Assembly (NCBI GenBank): GCA_964345765.1 | Contig: CAYFSJ010000001.1 | Location: forward strand, 10,509-74,508 | Direction: 5' to 3' | Source: an uncultured Erysipelothrix sp. | Lineage (GTDB): Bacteria > Bacillota_I > Bacilli_A > Erysipelotrichales > Erysipelotrichaceae | Length of the DNA: 64,000 bases | Part shown: piece after piece, positions 1 through 10,677 of the stretch | Position numbering within the stretch: position 1 is the stretch's first letter | Layout: every line of letters starts with the position of its first letter | Translations under genes and position numbers: made by a program | Notes under the pieces: model-generated | What the model was told of the DNA's origin: nothing | What the model saw: only the letters and a program-made list of their open reading frames with translations | Databases searched by the model: none

Positions 1-2
1 GA

Positions 3-407
3 CTAGATAAAGATACAACTGGTTTAATCATCCTGACTAATGATGGTCAATATGCCCATCAAATAACCAATAAACACAATCAAATTCTTAAGCGTTATCT
101 CATTACAACACAATACCCATTACAAGAAGAAGTCCATCAATTAACTCAAGAGATAGATTTAAAAGAAGATGGGATTGTATCTGCTAAAAGTCTTGAGATT
201 CTAGGTAATAATCAGATTATTTTAGGAATAACGGATGGTAAATATCATCAGGTCAAACGAATGATTCATTCAATTAACAATGAAGTAATCCAATTGCATC
301 GATTAAGTATTGGTCAATTAGAACTTGATACAAATTTAGATGCTGGTCAATTAAGGACAATGACTCAAAAAGAAATTGAAGCAAGCCTATGGTCAAAAAA
401 ACGTTAA
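3..407 (+). CDS. Pseudouridine synthase, RsuA/RluB family (3' part only; 5' end outside window)
   Basis: Frame 3 is open from the window edge to TAA 405-407. Translation begins LDKDTTGLIILTNDG (catalytic-Asp motif of this family) and continues ...GKYHQVKRM... Confidence 0.8.
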   Translation, partial: LDKDTTGLIILTNDGQYAHQITNKHNQILKRYLITTQYPLQEEVHQLTQEIDLKEDGIVSAKSLEILGNNQIILGITDGKYHQVKRMIHSINNEVIQLHRLSIGQLELDTNLDAGQLRTMTQKEIEASLWSKKR

Positions 408-1099
408 AAATCTTTCTTAGAATTCTACTTGTCTTGCTGGTGATTGTAGGACTATATCTTTCTTATTGTTTTTATCAATACCAACAGATTAAAGAGGATA
501 GACCACTAAGTGAACTGGTGAGTGAAATTCAATCTAATCCTGATTTTGTAAAGATTGATAAAATCAATGAGACTTTTATTCAATCTGTAGTCGCTACTGA
601 AGATCGTCGTTTCTTTGATCGAAGTGGCTTTGATATGCGGGCATTTTTAAGAGCTGTCTCAACTAATATTCAACAAGGGGAGTTAGTTCAAGGAGGTTCT
701 ACCATCCCTCAACAGGTTGGTAAATTACTCTATTTTGATCATGTACAGACCTTAGACGAAAAAGTCATCCAAGTCTATATTATGTATGACTTAGAAGCTC
801 AATATTCTAAAGATGAGATTCTAGAACTATATTTAAACTCAATCTTTTTTGGACAAGGCTATTATGGTATTAAACAAGCCTCAAATGGCTATTATCAAGT
901 AGAACCTAGTGAGCTTAACTGGGCTCAATCAAGCCTCTTAGCAGGGGTTATTGCGGCTCCTAGTGCTTATGAGCCTAGAACAAATTATGATCTAGCAAAA
1001 CAACGACAGGTTGCGGTATTGATTAGTTTAAGAGATGTCTATGGTTTATCGCAACAACAAATTGATGGTATTCATAATACAGAGGTCATTATCTATTAA
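389..1099 (+). CDS. Monofunctional peptidoglycan glycosyltransferase (GT51)
   Basis: N-terminal TM helix, then GT51 motifs ATEDRRFFDRSGFD and GGSTIPQQ. No transpeptidase domain (236 aa). Overlaps the upstream gene by 19 nt. Confidence 0.85.
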   Translation: MVKKTLKIFLRILLVLLVIVGLYLSYCFYQYQQIKEDRPLSELVSEIQSNPDFVKIDKINETFIQSVVATEDRRFFDRSGFDMRAFLRAVSTNIQQGELVQGGSTIPQQVGKLLYFDHVQTLDEKVIQVYIMYDLEAQYSKDEILELYLNSIFFGQGYYGIKQASNGYYQVEPSELNWAQSSLLAGVIAAPSAYEPRTNYDLAKQRQVAVLISLRDVYGLSQQQIDGIHNTEVIIY

Positions 1100-1114
1100 C
1101 AAAAAATGGTTCGA

Positions 1115-1849
1115 TTAGAACCATTTTTTAATTAAGTCATCTAATGAGCCATCTTCTTTTAATTCACTAATAATTTGATTAACTTCATCTAATAACGGTG
1201 AATCATTAGGTAAAGCTATTGCATTACCTGCTAGCTTTTCTAAGCTTGGTTCATTTAATTCAAATAATGTTAATTGTGGATATTCTTCAAAGTACTGATT
1301 TGCTACTAGTGGTTCCATCACAAGGAAATCAATACGGCCTAATAAGACTTCTTGAATCATCACATTGTAGGCATCTCTTGCGTCAATTTCTAATTGATAT
1401 TGATCTTTTAATTGATTGACCGCTGTTTCTTGGATGGTCCCAATTTGAACTCCAACGACTTTATTTTTAATATCATTTAACTCATTAATACCAGAATCAT
1501 TTAAAGTCACAATATAGAATGGAGATTCTTCAGCAAGATAATAAGAATCGCTAAAGAGTGCGTCACGTTTTGGATCTGGTGATAATCCAGCAATGGCCAT
1601 ATCAGCTTGTTTAGCAGATAAAGAGGCGATTACACCATCAAAGCTCATATCTTTAAAGACCACATCTTTATTGAGTTTTTCACCTATAAGGTTGGCTAAA
1701 TCAATATCAAAGCCGATCAATTCTCCATTGGTATCGACCATTTCATAGGGTGGATAACCAGATGAGGTGGCAATGGTTAGGGTTTCTTTTTGATTAGAAC
1801 CACAGGCAGTTAAGAATAAGAGTAAGGTTAATAAGAATAATTTTTTCAT
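1115..1849 (-). CDS. Polar amino-acid ABC transporter substrate-binding lipoprotein
   Basis: Lipobox LLFLTAC-GS. Family-3 SBP pattern (GFDIDLANLI, DMAIAGLS). Last gene of the permease-ATPase-SBP operon. Confidence 0.85.
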   Translation of the reverse strand: MKKLFLLTLLLFLTACGSNQKETLTIATSSGYPPYEMVDTNGELIGFDIDLANLIGEKLNKDVVFKDMSFDGVIASLSAKQADMAIAGLSPDPKRDALFSDSYYLAEESPFYIVTLNDSGINELNDIKNKVVGVQIGTIQETAVNQLKDQYQLEIDARDAYNVMIQEVLLGRIDFLVMEPLVANQYFEEYPQLTLFELNEPSLEKLAGNAIALPNDSPLLDEVNQIISELKEDGSLDDLIKKWF

Positions 1850-2568
1850 AGTATTTGACTTTCTATATAGCGTTTCGCTATTTCTGTATTTGGGTTGGTA
1901 AAGAATTGGCTTGTCTTTTCATGTTCAACAATTTGACCTTGATCCATCATCACAATTTCATCACCGATTCTTCGAGCGAAGTTTATATCGTGGGTAATGA
2001 TAATAAGACCAGTCTGTTGTTTGATTTCTTGAAGCATATCGACTAGTTCAAGAATGGTTTCAGCATCTAGGGCAGAAGTTGGTTCATCCAACAGTAAGAA
2101 AGATGGTTCTAATGCCAATGAGCGGATGATTGCGACTCTTTGTCGTTGTCCACCAGATAATTGAGAAGGATACTTATGGGCTTGATCTTCTAAATTAAAT
2201 GATTTCAGTAAGTTTAACGCTTTTGAATCTGCATCCTGTTGATTCATTTTCTTTGTTTTAATTAACGCGTAAGTAATATTTTCAAGAATCTTCATATGTT
2301 TAAATAAATGTAAATCTTGAAACACAACGCCTAATTGTTGTCGATATAGAAACAGTTCTTTAGTTTTGAACTGGAGTTTGATGTTATTGGCACTAATTTC
2401 ACCACTATCTGGTTTTTCTAAGCCTAAAATACAGCGAAGCAACGTCGATTTACCTGTACCTGAAGGACCGATGATACAAGTGCATAAATTATCTTTAAAA
2501 TCGATTCTGACATCTTTTAAGATTTCTTTGTTATCAAATGATTTTGTTAAGTTTGAGACCTTAATCAT
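1846..2568 (-). CDS. Amino-acid ABC transporter ATP-binding protein
   Basis: Walker A GPSGTGKST, signature LSGGQRQR, Walker B LLLDEPTSALD. 4-nt overlap with the downstream SBP gene. Confidence 0.93.
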   Translation of the reverse strand: MIKVSNLTKSFDNKEILKDVRIDFKDNLCTCIIGPSGTGKSTLLRCILGLEKPDSGEISANNIKLQFKTKELFLYRQQLGVVFQDLHLFKHMKILENITYALIKTKKMNQQDADSKALNLLKSFNLEDQAHKYPSQLSGGQRQRVAIIRSLALEPSFLLLDEPTSALDAETILELVDMLQEIKQQTGLIIITHDINFARRIGDEIVMMDQGQIVEHEKTSQFFTNPNTEIAKRYIESQIL

Positions 2569-3217
2569 AGCTGAACCTTCTTTCTAATTTAGTTCCTAAT
2601 AAACTGATGATTTTATTGATGAAATAATATAAAACACCAACAATAATCAATGATTCAAAATAACGAAAGGTCGTTCCTTGAATGATGGTTGAGCGTCGCA
2701 TTAAATCAGTTAGACCAATAAATGAGACAATCGATGTTTCTTTAATAAGTGTAATATACTCATTAATTAAAGCTGGTAAGATATTCGCAAATGCTTGAGG
2801 GATAATAATATCTTTAGTGATATCTTGTGAACTTAACCCTAAACAATGGGCGGCTTCAATTTGTCCTTTGGAAATCTGTTCGATTCCATTTCTGATAATT
2901 TCTGACATATAGGCTGCCGAATTAAGAATAAAGATAATTGAGGCAGAGACCCAAGGCGTAAAGGTTAGAGCCGGAATGACTTGTGGTAGGGCTAAATGTA
3001 GAAAGGATAACTGAAACAAAACAGGGGTTCCCCTAAAAATGTCGACGATTTGTTTGATGATCTTAGAAGCAAAGTTATCTTGTTTCATGATCAATGCGTA
3101 AATTAAACCAAGCAATAAACCACCGATACTAGCGATTAAGGCTAAGCCTAAGGTTGTCCATATCCCATTTAGTAAGTAGGGGATATACTCTGCTATTTTT
3201 GTAAAATCAATATTCAT
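2561..3217 (-). CDS. Amino-acid ABC transporter permease (HisM/HisQ type)
   Basis: 218 aa, multi-TM, with EAA-like loop (GQIEAAHCLGLS). RBS GGAGG lies upstream of ATG 3217. Preceded by a T-box leader. Confidence 0.88.
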   Translation of the reverse strand: MNIDFTKIAEYIPYLLNGIWTTLGLALIASIGGLLLGLIYALIMKQDNFASKIIKQIVDIFRGTPVLFQLSFLHLALPQVIPALTFTPWVSASIIFILNSAAYMSEIIRNGIEQISKGQIEAAHCLGLSSQDITKDIIIPQAFANILPALINEYITLIKETSIVSFIGLTDLMRRSTIIQGTTFRYFESLIIVGVLYYFINKIISLLGTKLERRFSYD

Positions 3218-3261
3218 AAAACCTCCAGAAAATAAAAAAAAGATGATAAAGGACGCCGAAA

Positions 3262-3472
3262 ATAAAAAAGTCCTTAAAAAGGACGAAATGACGTGGTACC
3301 ACCTTAGTTTGTCACAATTGTGACCTCAACTCGATAACGTAGAGATACGTCTAGGCCTCAACTTTCGACCTAGAAGCTCAAAGACACGTTCAACCTTCAT
3401 TCATCTTGATTTCCACCAACCATCAAGTCTCTTTAATGAAGAGGAAGATTTACTACTTCTTTTCATCGCAAT
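3262..3472 (-). promoter_or_regulatory. T-box riboswitch leader (probable Arg/CGU specifier) with terminator/antiterminator
   Basis: Minus-strand RNA starts TTGCGATGAAAAGAAGTAGTA (Stem I base). It has an AGAGA bulge and a distal loop GGTTGGTGGAAA. The specifier loop reads GAA-CGT-G (CGT = + strand 3386-3388). The T-box core is AAACTAAGGTGGTACCACG (+ strand 3292-3303). The antiterminator is AAGG/UGGUACC bulge/ACG..CGU/CCUU, and the competing hairpin GTCCTT-TTT-AAGGAC is followed by a T-run (3261-3284). Confidence 0.85.
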
Positions 3473-3478
3473 GAGTAT

Positions 3479-3506
3479 ATTATACAAATCTCACACCAAA
3501 TTGCAA
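3479..3506 (-). promoter_or_regulatory. Sigma-A-type promoter for the T-box-controlled operon
   Basis: Minus strand reads TTGCAA - 16 nt - TATAAT, placed ~7 nt upstream of the first T-box leader nucleotides. Confidence 0.55.
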
Positions 3507-3513
3507 GTGTTTT

Positions 3514-4131
3514 CTACATCCAAGTGATTTTTGATTCAGTTTTATTGAGAATACGCTCAATATTTGATTTATGACGATAGATAATAAAGAGAGATACTAA
3601 GACTAAGGCTATAGTAATCCAATATTGACCATTCACAAAGAAGAGACTACTTAATGCTGAAACAAGTGTAGAGACCATAGAGCCTAATGAGGACATCTTA
3701 AACATCTTAAGTAATGAGAAATAAATGACAATACCAATCACAAATGGCCAACCATTTTGAATTAGATAGACACAAACGCCTAATAAGAAACCATAATAGG
3801 TTGCGACCGACTTGCCTCCTTTAAACCCGGCAAATAGTGGGAAAGCATGACCAATTGTCGCAAAAAATCCTGCTGTTAAAGTCACAAGCTGATCATCTTG
3901 AATAAAATGAAATAAAGTCATAGCTAAGAAAGCTTTTAAGACATCAAGCACCGTTACACTAACACCAGCGGCCTTTCCTAAGACACGACCAGCATTAGAT
4001 GCACCTAGATTACCTGAGCCATGATGACGAATGTCTGTTTTATAAAATAATTCTCCGATGACTAACGCAAAGGGAACACTCCCAAATAAATAACCACCTA
4101 AAGCAGCGAATAAAGTCCAGATTAAGTTCAT
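3514..4131 (-). CDS. plsY: Glycerol-3-phosphate acyltransferase PlsY
   Basis: Motif HGSGNLGASNAGR in a polytopic membrane protein. Start set at ATG 4131 (MNLIWTLF...), 8 nt after AAGGAG, rather than the longer ORF-track start at 4173. Confidence 0.9.
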   Translation of the reverse strand: MNLIWTLFAALGGYLFGSVPFALVIGELFYKTDIRHHGSGNLGASNAGRVLGKAAGVSVTVLDVLKAFLAMTLFHFIQDDQLVTLTAGFFATIGHAFPLFAGFKGGKSVATYYGFLLGVCVYLIQNGWPFVIGIVIYFSLLKMFKMSSLGSMVSTLVSALSSLFFVNGQYWITIALVLVSLFIIYRHKSNIERILNKTESKITWM

Positions 4132-4244
4132 ACAATATACTCCTTCACAAATGATAATATCATAATTTGGCACAGTTTAGAATTAAAGGTGCCTTTATTT
4201 TAAGTGCTCTTTAAAGTATAATTAAGCAGGAAAGAGGTGACAAT

Positions 4245-6143
4245 TTGAGTCAAAAAAATTACGACGGTTCTTCGATACAAATCCTTGAAGGGCTACAAGC
4301 TGTTCGAAAACGTCCTGGGATGTATATCGGTTCAACCGATGTGAGAGGATTACACCACTTAGTATGGGAAATCTTAGATAATGCCATCGATGAATCGATC
4401 AATGGATTTGGTAAAGAAATCAGTGTCACAATTGAAAAAGACAATACCATCGAAATAATTGATACCGGTCGTGGTGTTCCAGTTGATAAACATAGTTCTG
4501 GTAAATCAGCAATTGAAGTCATATACACAGTCCTTCATGCTGGAGGAAAATTCTCAGAATCAGGTGGATATAAAACATCAGGTGGACTCCATGGGGTTGG
4601 TGCATCAGTGGTCAATGCGCTCAGCGAGTTTGTTGAAGTGACCTCCTATAAAGATGGATATGAATATCAAATTCGATTTGAAAAAGGTGGATCAAAAGTC
4701 GGTCCATTAAAAAAGATTGGTAAAACAAATAAAACAGGAACAAAAGTACGTTTCTTAGCCGATAGAGAAATTTTTGAGAAAGTCGACTATTCTGTTTCAT
4801 ATATCAAACAACGGATGATGGAATCCGCTTTTTTACTAGCGGGTATCACCTTTAAACTACATGATCAACGTACTGACACTCATGAACAATATTTATATGA
4901 AGATGGTATTAAGAGTTTCATTAGTTATCTAACGGAAGATCATATGAAGATTGGAAAACCAATATTAATTCATGATGAACAAAATAATATTCTTGTTGAT
5001 GTGGCTTTACAATATACAGATGATTACAATGAAGCCGTTTATTCATATGTTAACTTGGTTCGTACCAAAGAAGGGGGATCCCATGAAGTGGGTCTTAAAT
5101 CCGCCCTCACAAAGGTAGTGAATGAGTTTGCTAGAAAGAACGGGCTCTTAAAAGATAAAGATAAGAATTTTGAAGGGAATGATGTACGAGAAGGTTTAAC
5201 CATGTTAGTCTCTTTATCGATTCCAGAAAACTTATTAGAGTTTGAAGGTCAAACCAAAGGAAAACTTGGTACACCAATTGCTAGAAGTGTAGTTGAGTCC
5301 ATTGTCTCTGAACAATTAACCTATTACTTGGCAGAGAATCGAGATTTTTCTATCTCAATTATTAAGAAGATTCAAAAAGCGGCTGCCGCCAGAGAATCGG
5401 CTCGTAAAGCGCGTGAACAAGCTCGTCAAGGTAAAAAAGGACGAAAACAAGAAGCAGAATTATCTGGAAAGCTTGCGAATGCTCAAACTAAAAATACCAA
5501 GAAAAATGAGTTGTTCTTAGTTGAGGGGGACTCAGCTGGAGGAAGTGCCAAACAAGGTAGAGATTCCCGCTTTCAAGCGATTTTACCATTGCGAGGTAAA
5601 GTACTTAATGTTGAGCGTGCTAACTTAGAGCGGCTACATAATAATCAAGAATTAAATACACTCATTCACTGTATTGGAGCTGGTGTTGGTCCAGAGTTTG
5701 AAGCGGATGATTCTAATTATGCGAAAGTAATCATTATGACCGATGCTGATACGGATGGTGCGCATATTCAAATCTTATTATTAACTTTCTTTTATCGTTT
5801 TATGCGTGGTTTAATTGATGCTGGTAAAGTATATCTGGCTCAACCACCACTTTATAAAATTTATAACAAATCACAAGAACATTATGTCTATGGTGAAGCA
5901 CAGTTACAAGAATTAAGAGAATCAATGAAGAATTATGAAATACAGCGCTTTAAGGGATTAGGGGAGATGAATGCCTCTCAATTATGGGAGACAACCATGA
6001 ATCCTGAAACTCGTGTTTTATATCAAGTATCGATAGAAGATGCCCATTTAGCATCGAAAACAATCAATATTCTAATGGGCGATAACGCAGATAGTAGAAG
6101 GGACTGGATCAATGAACATGTTGATTTTGATGGAATTGAATAA
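4245..6143 (+). CDS. parE: Type IIA topoisomerase subunit B, assigned as topoisomerase IV ParE
   Basis: GHKL ATPase motifs ([16 protein letters not shown]), Toprim [20 protein letters not shown] start after AGAGGTG. The ParE (not GyrB) assignment rests on the divergent plsY neighbour and the ParC-like partner, as remembered for Bacillus. Confidence 0.8.
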   Translation: MSQKNYDGSSIQILEGLQAVRKRPGMYIGSTDVRGLHHLVWEILDNAIDESINGFGKEISVTIEKDNTIEIIDTGRGVPVDKHSSGKSAIEVIYTVLHAGGKFSESGGYKTSGGLHGVGASVVNALSEFVEVTSYKDGYEYQIRFEKGGSKVGPLKKIGKTNKTGTKVRFLADREIFEKVDYSVSYIKQRMMESAFLLAGITFKLHDQRTDTHEQYLYEDGIKSFISYLTEDHMKIGKPILIHDEQNNILVDVALQYTDDYNEAVYSYVNLVRTKEGGSHEVGLKSALTKVVNEFARKNGLLKDKDKNFEGNDVREGLTMLVSLSIPENLLEFEGQTKGKLGTPIARSVVESIVSEQLTYYLAENRDFSISIIKKIQKAAAARESARKAREQARQGKKGRKQEAELSGKLANAQTKNTKKNELFLVEGDSAGGSAKQGRDSRFQAILPLRGKVLNVERANLERLHNNQELNTLIHCIGAGVGPEFEADDSNYAKVIIMTDADTDGAHIQILLLTFFYRFMRGLIDAGKVYLAQPPLYKIYNKSQEHYVYGEAQLQELRESMKNYEIQRFKGLGEMNASQLWETTMNPETRVLYQVSIEDAHLASKTINILMGDNADSRRDWINEHVDFDGIE

Positions 6144-8629
6144 TGGCTAAAAAAGTTAAACAAATCGTTGAAACACAACCAATCTCAACTTCCCTAGTTC
6201 AATTAATGGAAGATGGGTTTGCCCGTTATTCAAAACTAGTGATTCAAAGTCGTGCTTTACCAGATGTTAGAGATGGTCTAAAACCAGTCCAAAGACGTAT
6301 CTTATATGCCATGTTTGAAGATGGCAATACGGCTTCAAAAGCTTATCGTAAATCAGCCAAGACAGTTGGGAATGTGATTGGTAATTATCACCCACATGGA
6401 GATGGTTCAGTCTATGAGGCAATGGTCAATATGTCACAAGATTGGAAAATGGGTGTTCCTTTAATCGATATGCAAGGAAATAACGGATCTATTGATGGAG
6501 ATAGTGCAGCGGCCATGCGTTATACAGAAAGTCGCTTATCACCGATCGCAGATTATTTATTATCTGATATTGATCAAGAAACCGTTGATTTTACATTAAA
6601 CTATTCGGACACTCAATTAGAACCTTTAGTGCTCCCATCTTCATTTTGTAATATCTTAGTTAATGGTTCGATGGGTATTGCGATTGGGTATGCGACAGAG
6701 ATTCCGTCCTTTAATTTTAATGAAGTTTTAAAAGCCTGTATCTATCGATTAAATAATCCGCAATGTAGTTTCCAAGAGATTGTCGAAATTATTCCAGGAC
6801 CTGATTTTGCGACAGGTGGATTGATTGAAGGTCAAAAAGACATTGAAAACTTTATGCGTCATGGTAAAGGTCGTTTTGTTATGCGCTGTAAAGTGGATAT
6901 TGTACCTGCTAAAAAAGTGACTCAATTAGTAGTCAGTGAAATTAGTTATGGTATTAAGAAATCTGATCTTGTTAAGCGTATTAACGATGTTCGAATCAAT
7001 CAAAACATCGATGATATTTTAGAAGTAAGAGATGAGTCAGATCGAACTGGGTTAAAAGTAGTGATTGATATTAAACCAGATGTGGATGCTCAAAACATTT
7101 TAAATATTTTATATAAAGAAACAGAACTTCAATCTTATTACAATCCAAATATGTATGTGATTGTTGATAATCGTCCACAATTATTAGGGTTAGTAGAAAT
7201 CCTAGACGCTTATTTAACATTTAGAGTTGAAGTCTTTAAAAAGAAAACTCAATATCAATTGGCTAAGAAAGAGAAACGAATTACTATTTTAGAAGGATTA
7301 ATTAAGGCAATTTCTCATTTAGATGAAGTGATTGCGATTATTCGAGCTTCACAAAACAAAAAAGATAGTAAAGAAAATCTGATTGCTCGATTTGATTTTA
7401 CTGAAGCACAAGCTGAAGCGATTGTTACGCTACAACTTTATCGATTATCCAATACAGATATTGTTGAATTAAAAGAAGAATTTGCGTTATTGCTTAATGA
7501 AATTGATTTCTTACAATTAGTATTAAGTAATCATCATATTCTAATTAGTGAAGTGGTTAAAGAATTTAAACAATTGGATGAACACTTTACTTTCCCACGT
7601 AAAACACAGGTTGTTAAAGATGTGGCTGAGATTGTCATCGATAAAGAGGCCTTGATTGCTGAAGAAGAAGTCTATGTATCAATTTCTAATGATGGTTATT
7701 TAAAGAAATCAAATCTTCGCTCATATGGCGCTTCTGATCAATATTTCTCCAGTATTAAAGCAGGGGATACCTTAATTGGTCAAAGAAATGTCATGAATCT
7801 CTACAATGTCCTAGGCTTTACTGAGTCTGGTCAATACTTCGTTATTCGTGTTCATGATATTAATGAATCACGTTGGAAAGATGTTGGAACTCATTTTAGT
7901 TCATTCTTTAGTAATGCAGTACAAGATAAAATTGTTGGGGCAGTAGTAATCAAATCGTTTGAAACAGCTTCAACGATTACGCTAGTGACAAAAGATGGAA
8001 AGATTAAACAAACTCCAATTAATGAATTTGAAATTGTTCGGACCAATCGTCTCTATCGTGCCATACGATTATCTAAAGGTGACAAGCTTGTTGGCGCAAT
8101 GCTAACATCAGTTAATGCCCAAGAAATTAGCTTATTAAGTCAACAGGGTTTCTTAGTTAAATACCCAATCGAACAGATTTCTGTGCTTGGTTTAAATGCA
8201 GCTGGTGTGAAAGCGATGAATCTATCTAAAGATGATCAAATTGTGGATGCACTCATTCATAATGGTCATACTGAGCTCGTATTTTTAACTCAAGATGGTC
8301 AAAGCAAACGGATTAAATCAAATGACTTTGGTGTATCATCTAGACCTGCCAAGGGCGTCTTGGTGGCTAAGCGAGTTAAATCAAACCCGAATTATTTGAA
8401 ACAAATGGCTTCTGGCAATTTAAATGATTTATTAGGACTTTATACGACGGATGCACCTAGTGTTGCTTTTAAGGATGTTACTTTAATGGATTCCACCAAG
8501 ACATTCTCAAAACAATTTAGTAAGGATGATTTTATTGTTAAAGAGCTCGAATGTGCCTCAATTGAGGTCGCGCCACAAAAAAACAACCCATCCCCTAAAG
8601 TCGAACAGGTTGCTTTTGATTTAGATTAA
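6143..8629 (+). CDS. parC: Type IIA topoisomerase subunit A, assigned as topoisomerase IV ParC
   Basis: [25 protein letters not shown], and catalytic region AAMRYTE. The start overlaps the parE stop (ATAATG). Confidence 0.8.
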   Translation: MAKKVKQIVETQPISTSLVQLMEDGFARYSKLVIQSRALPDVRDGLKPVQRRILYAMFEDGNTASKAYRKSAKTVGNVIGNYHPHGDGSVYEAMVNMSQDWKMGVPLIDMQGNNGSIDGDSAAAMRYTESRLSPIADYLLSDIDQETVDFTLNYSDTQLEPLVLPSSFCNILVNGSMGIAIGYATEIPSFNFNEVLKACIYRLNNPQCSFQEIVEIIPGPDFATGGLIEGQKDIENFMRHGKGRFVMRCKVDIVPAKKVTQLVVSEISYGIKKSDLVKRINDVRINQNIDDILEVRDESDRTGLKVVIDIKPDVDAQNILNILYKETELQSYYNPNMYVIVDNRPQLLGLVEILDAYLTFRVEVFKKKTQYQLAKKEKRITILEGLIKAISHLDEVIAIIRASQNKKDSKENLIARFDFTEAQAEAIVTLQLYRLSNTDIVELKEEFALLLNEIDFLQLVLSNHHILISEVVKEFKQLDEHFTFPRKTQVVKDVAEIVIDKEALIAEEEVYVSISNDGYLKKSNLRSYGASDQYFSSIKAGDTLIGQRNVMNLYNVLGFTESGQYFVIRVHDINESRWKDVGTHFSSFFSNAVQDKIVGAVVIKSFETASTITLVTKDGKIKQTPINEFEIVRTNRLYRAIRLSKGDKLVGAMLTSVNAQEISLLSQQGFLVKYPIEQISVLGLNAAGVKAMNLSKDDQIVDALIHNGHTELVFLTQDGQSKRIKSNDFGVSSRPAKGVLVAKRVKSNPNYLKQMASGNLNDLLGLYTTDAPSVAFKDVTLMDSTKTFSKQFSKDDFIVKELECASIEVAPQKNNPSPKVEQVAFDLD

Positions 8630-9271
8630 GGCTTTAGCTCTTTCTAAATTAACACATTGATAATTAGAGAATTTCTGAGCTTTTTCAACCCTTAGCTTAT
8701 GTATCTCAACATAGGCGCTAATCATATTAGCTAAATAGGCGCCCATCACTCCATTAACACTGGCTTCTATAGCAAGTGTGTAGTGAGGGTCTACCTTAAG
8801 TTTCTTGGCCATCTTTGAATAAATGTCCTTCTCTGGTTTACCTTCTAATACTTCATTACCAGCAACTAATAAGTAGTTGGATAAATCAAGAGGGTATTGA
8901 GTAATTAATTCTTGAGCTTGATGTTTAGAGTAGCTTGAGACTAAACCAATTTTTACATCAATACTCAATAGCCACTTAACAAATTCAATGCTTTCAGGAT
9001 GGGGTTTAAGATTTTGGTTCTCTAAATCAAATTCGAATTGTTTCTTATAAGCTTCTTCCATTTCTAATCGAATTGGGCGATATTGGTTATAATGAATATA
9101 GGCTCTTTCAATTTGTTGATAGCCTCCATCGAGTAACAATTCAAAGAAAAATGGATGAACTTCTAAACCATGTTTTTCCATAATCTTGGCATAAATTTGT
9201 TGTTTATAAGTATTTAAGTCATACAGCACACCATCTATACTGAGTGTGACTGCTTCAAAGTTTATTTTTTC
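8621..9271 (-). CDS. HAD-superfamily (beta-phosphoglucomutase-like fold) protein with degenerate catalytic motifs
   Basis: Start set at MEKINFEAV (ATG 9271). Motif I reads LSIDGVLYD where DxDGV is expected. Motif III Lys is present in EGKPEKD. Motif IV reads IEASVNG where EDS/DD is expected. Confidence 0.6.
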   Translation of the reverse strand, partial: EKINFEAVTLSIDGVLYDLNTYKQQIYAKIMEKHGLEVHPFFFELLLDGGYQQIERAYIHYNQYRPIRLEMEEAYKKQFEFDLENQNLKPHPESIEFVKWLLSIDVKIGLVSSYSKHQAQELITQYPLDLSNYLLVAGNEVLEGKPEKDIYSKMAKKLKVDPHYTLAIEASVNGVMGAYLANMISAYVEIHKLRVEKAQKFSNYQCVNLERAKALI

Positions 9272-9337
9272 CATGTTTATTATTGTATGGGAAAGTTTAA
9301 GTTCATTCAAGGATGATGCAAGAAAGGATGATTGATT

Positions 9338-10390
9338 ATGGATAAAAAATGTCATGGATGTGGCTATCCACTTCAAACAAATAACAAAACGCTAGGGGGG
9401 TATACCCAAAAGATGGACAATGATTATTGTGAGTCCTGTTTTCGTCTAAGACATTATGGTGATTTAAGTAAAGTTAATGTATTTAAAGTGGATCCTTATG
9501 AAACCTTACAAAAAATATCACAGTTAGATGCGCTCTATGTATGGGTCATTGATTTGTTTCATCTTGAAGAATCACAAATTAATTCGTTGCATCGTTGGTT
9601 AAGAGATGAGCCAGTTGTCTTAATGGTAACCAAACGAGAGCTACTGCCTCAAACAATGTCAGTCACAAAGATTAAAGAAGCATTAATGCCATTTATTAAA
9701 GACAGCTATTTAAATATTGTTGATGTTTTAGTGACTGGAAAATTTGGGAAAATAAACAAGGAATTTAATATTGAACGTCTCAATCAACTTAAACAAGAGA
9801 CCAACAAAGATAAGGTTGTTTTCTTTGGTAACACTAATGTTGGTAAGTCCAGTGTTATTAATGAACTATCCAATCAGAAACAACTGAGTGTTTCGGCTTT
9901 ACCTGGAACAACCCTAGATTTAGTCTTAGTCGATAGTGAGATTGAAAATCTGTATGATAGCGCAGGGATTTCGATTCAAGAGGGATTATTGGAGAAGTTA
10001 TCGCCTAAGAAAGTTAAATCACTGTCTCAAAAGAAAATTAAACCGATTACTTTACAATTAAAGGGAAATCAAAGTTTAATTATTGATGGATTTGGTTATT
10101 TTAATTTCTCTTATGCCGATAAATATTCCATCACATGTTATTTACCTGATTCGCTTAAGCTTCATCGAACCAAGACATCTCAAGTTATTGAACAATTTGA
10201 TCGAATGAGTGAAAAATTTGATGAATTACAAACTGATTCTATGATAACAAAGAAAGTTCATCTGAATCATCCAACAACCGATATATTAATTTATCACCTT
10301 GGTTTTATTACGGTGCATAATTCACAGGTTAAGATTGAGTCTCATTTTAAAGAAAGTGTTATGATTAATACTAGAAAGGCACTATTATAA
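9338..10390 (+). CDS. yqeH: Ribosome-biogenesis GTPase YqeH (circularly permuted)
   Basis: N-terminal Zn-ribbon CHGCG...CESC. Permuted G-motifs with TKREL (G4) before GNTNVGKSS (G1). ATG 9338 follows AAAGGA. Confidence 0.85.
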   Translation: MDKKCHGCGYPLQTNNKTLGGYTQKMDNDYCESCFRLRHYGDLSKVNVFKVDPYETLQKISQLDALYVWVIDLFHLEESQINSLHRWLRDEPVVLMVTKRELLPQTMSVTKIKEALMPFIKDSYLNIVDVLVTGKFGKINKEFNIERLNQLKQETNKDKVVFFGNTNVGKSSVINELSNQKQLSVSALPGTTLDLVLVDSEIENLYDSAGISIQEGLLEKLSPKKVKSLSQKKIKPITLQLKGNQSLIIDGFGYFNFSYADKYSITCYLPDSLKLHRTKTSQVIEQFDRMSEKFDELQTDSMITKKVHLNHPTTDILIYHLGFITVHNSQVKIESHFKESVMINTRKALL

Positions 10391-10677
10391 TGTTAACTAG
10401 CAAACAAAAGAAATACCTTAAAAAAGAAGCGCATGATTTGAAACCAATTCTTCAAATTGGGAAGGATGGTTTAAGTAATAATTCTTTTATTACGCTTAAT
10501 CAAGCACTTAAAGCTCATGAACTTGTTAAGGTCAGTTTACTTCAAAATACATCGGTCACAGCTGAGGAGGCGATGTTAGATATTTTGAGTCGCTGTCACT
10601 GTGAGTTCGTCTTTAAAATAGGCAGAACCCTTATTTTTTATAAACCATCCAAGGCGAGAATATATGATTTACCATAA
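10390..10677 (+). CDS. yhbY: RNA-binding CRM-domain protein YhbY/YqeI
   Basis: 95 aa with LTSKQKKYLKKEAHDLKPILQIGKDGL, typical of the YhbY family, in the conserved position after yqeH. Confidence 0.8.
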   Translation: MLTSKQKKYLKKEAHDLKPILQIGKDGLSNNSFITLNQALKAHELVKVSLLQNTSVTAEEAMLDILSRCHCEFVFKIGRTLIFYKPSKARIYDLP

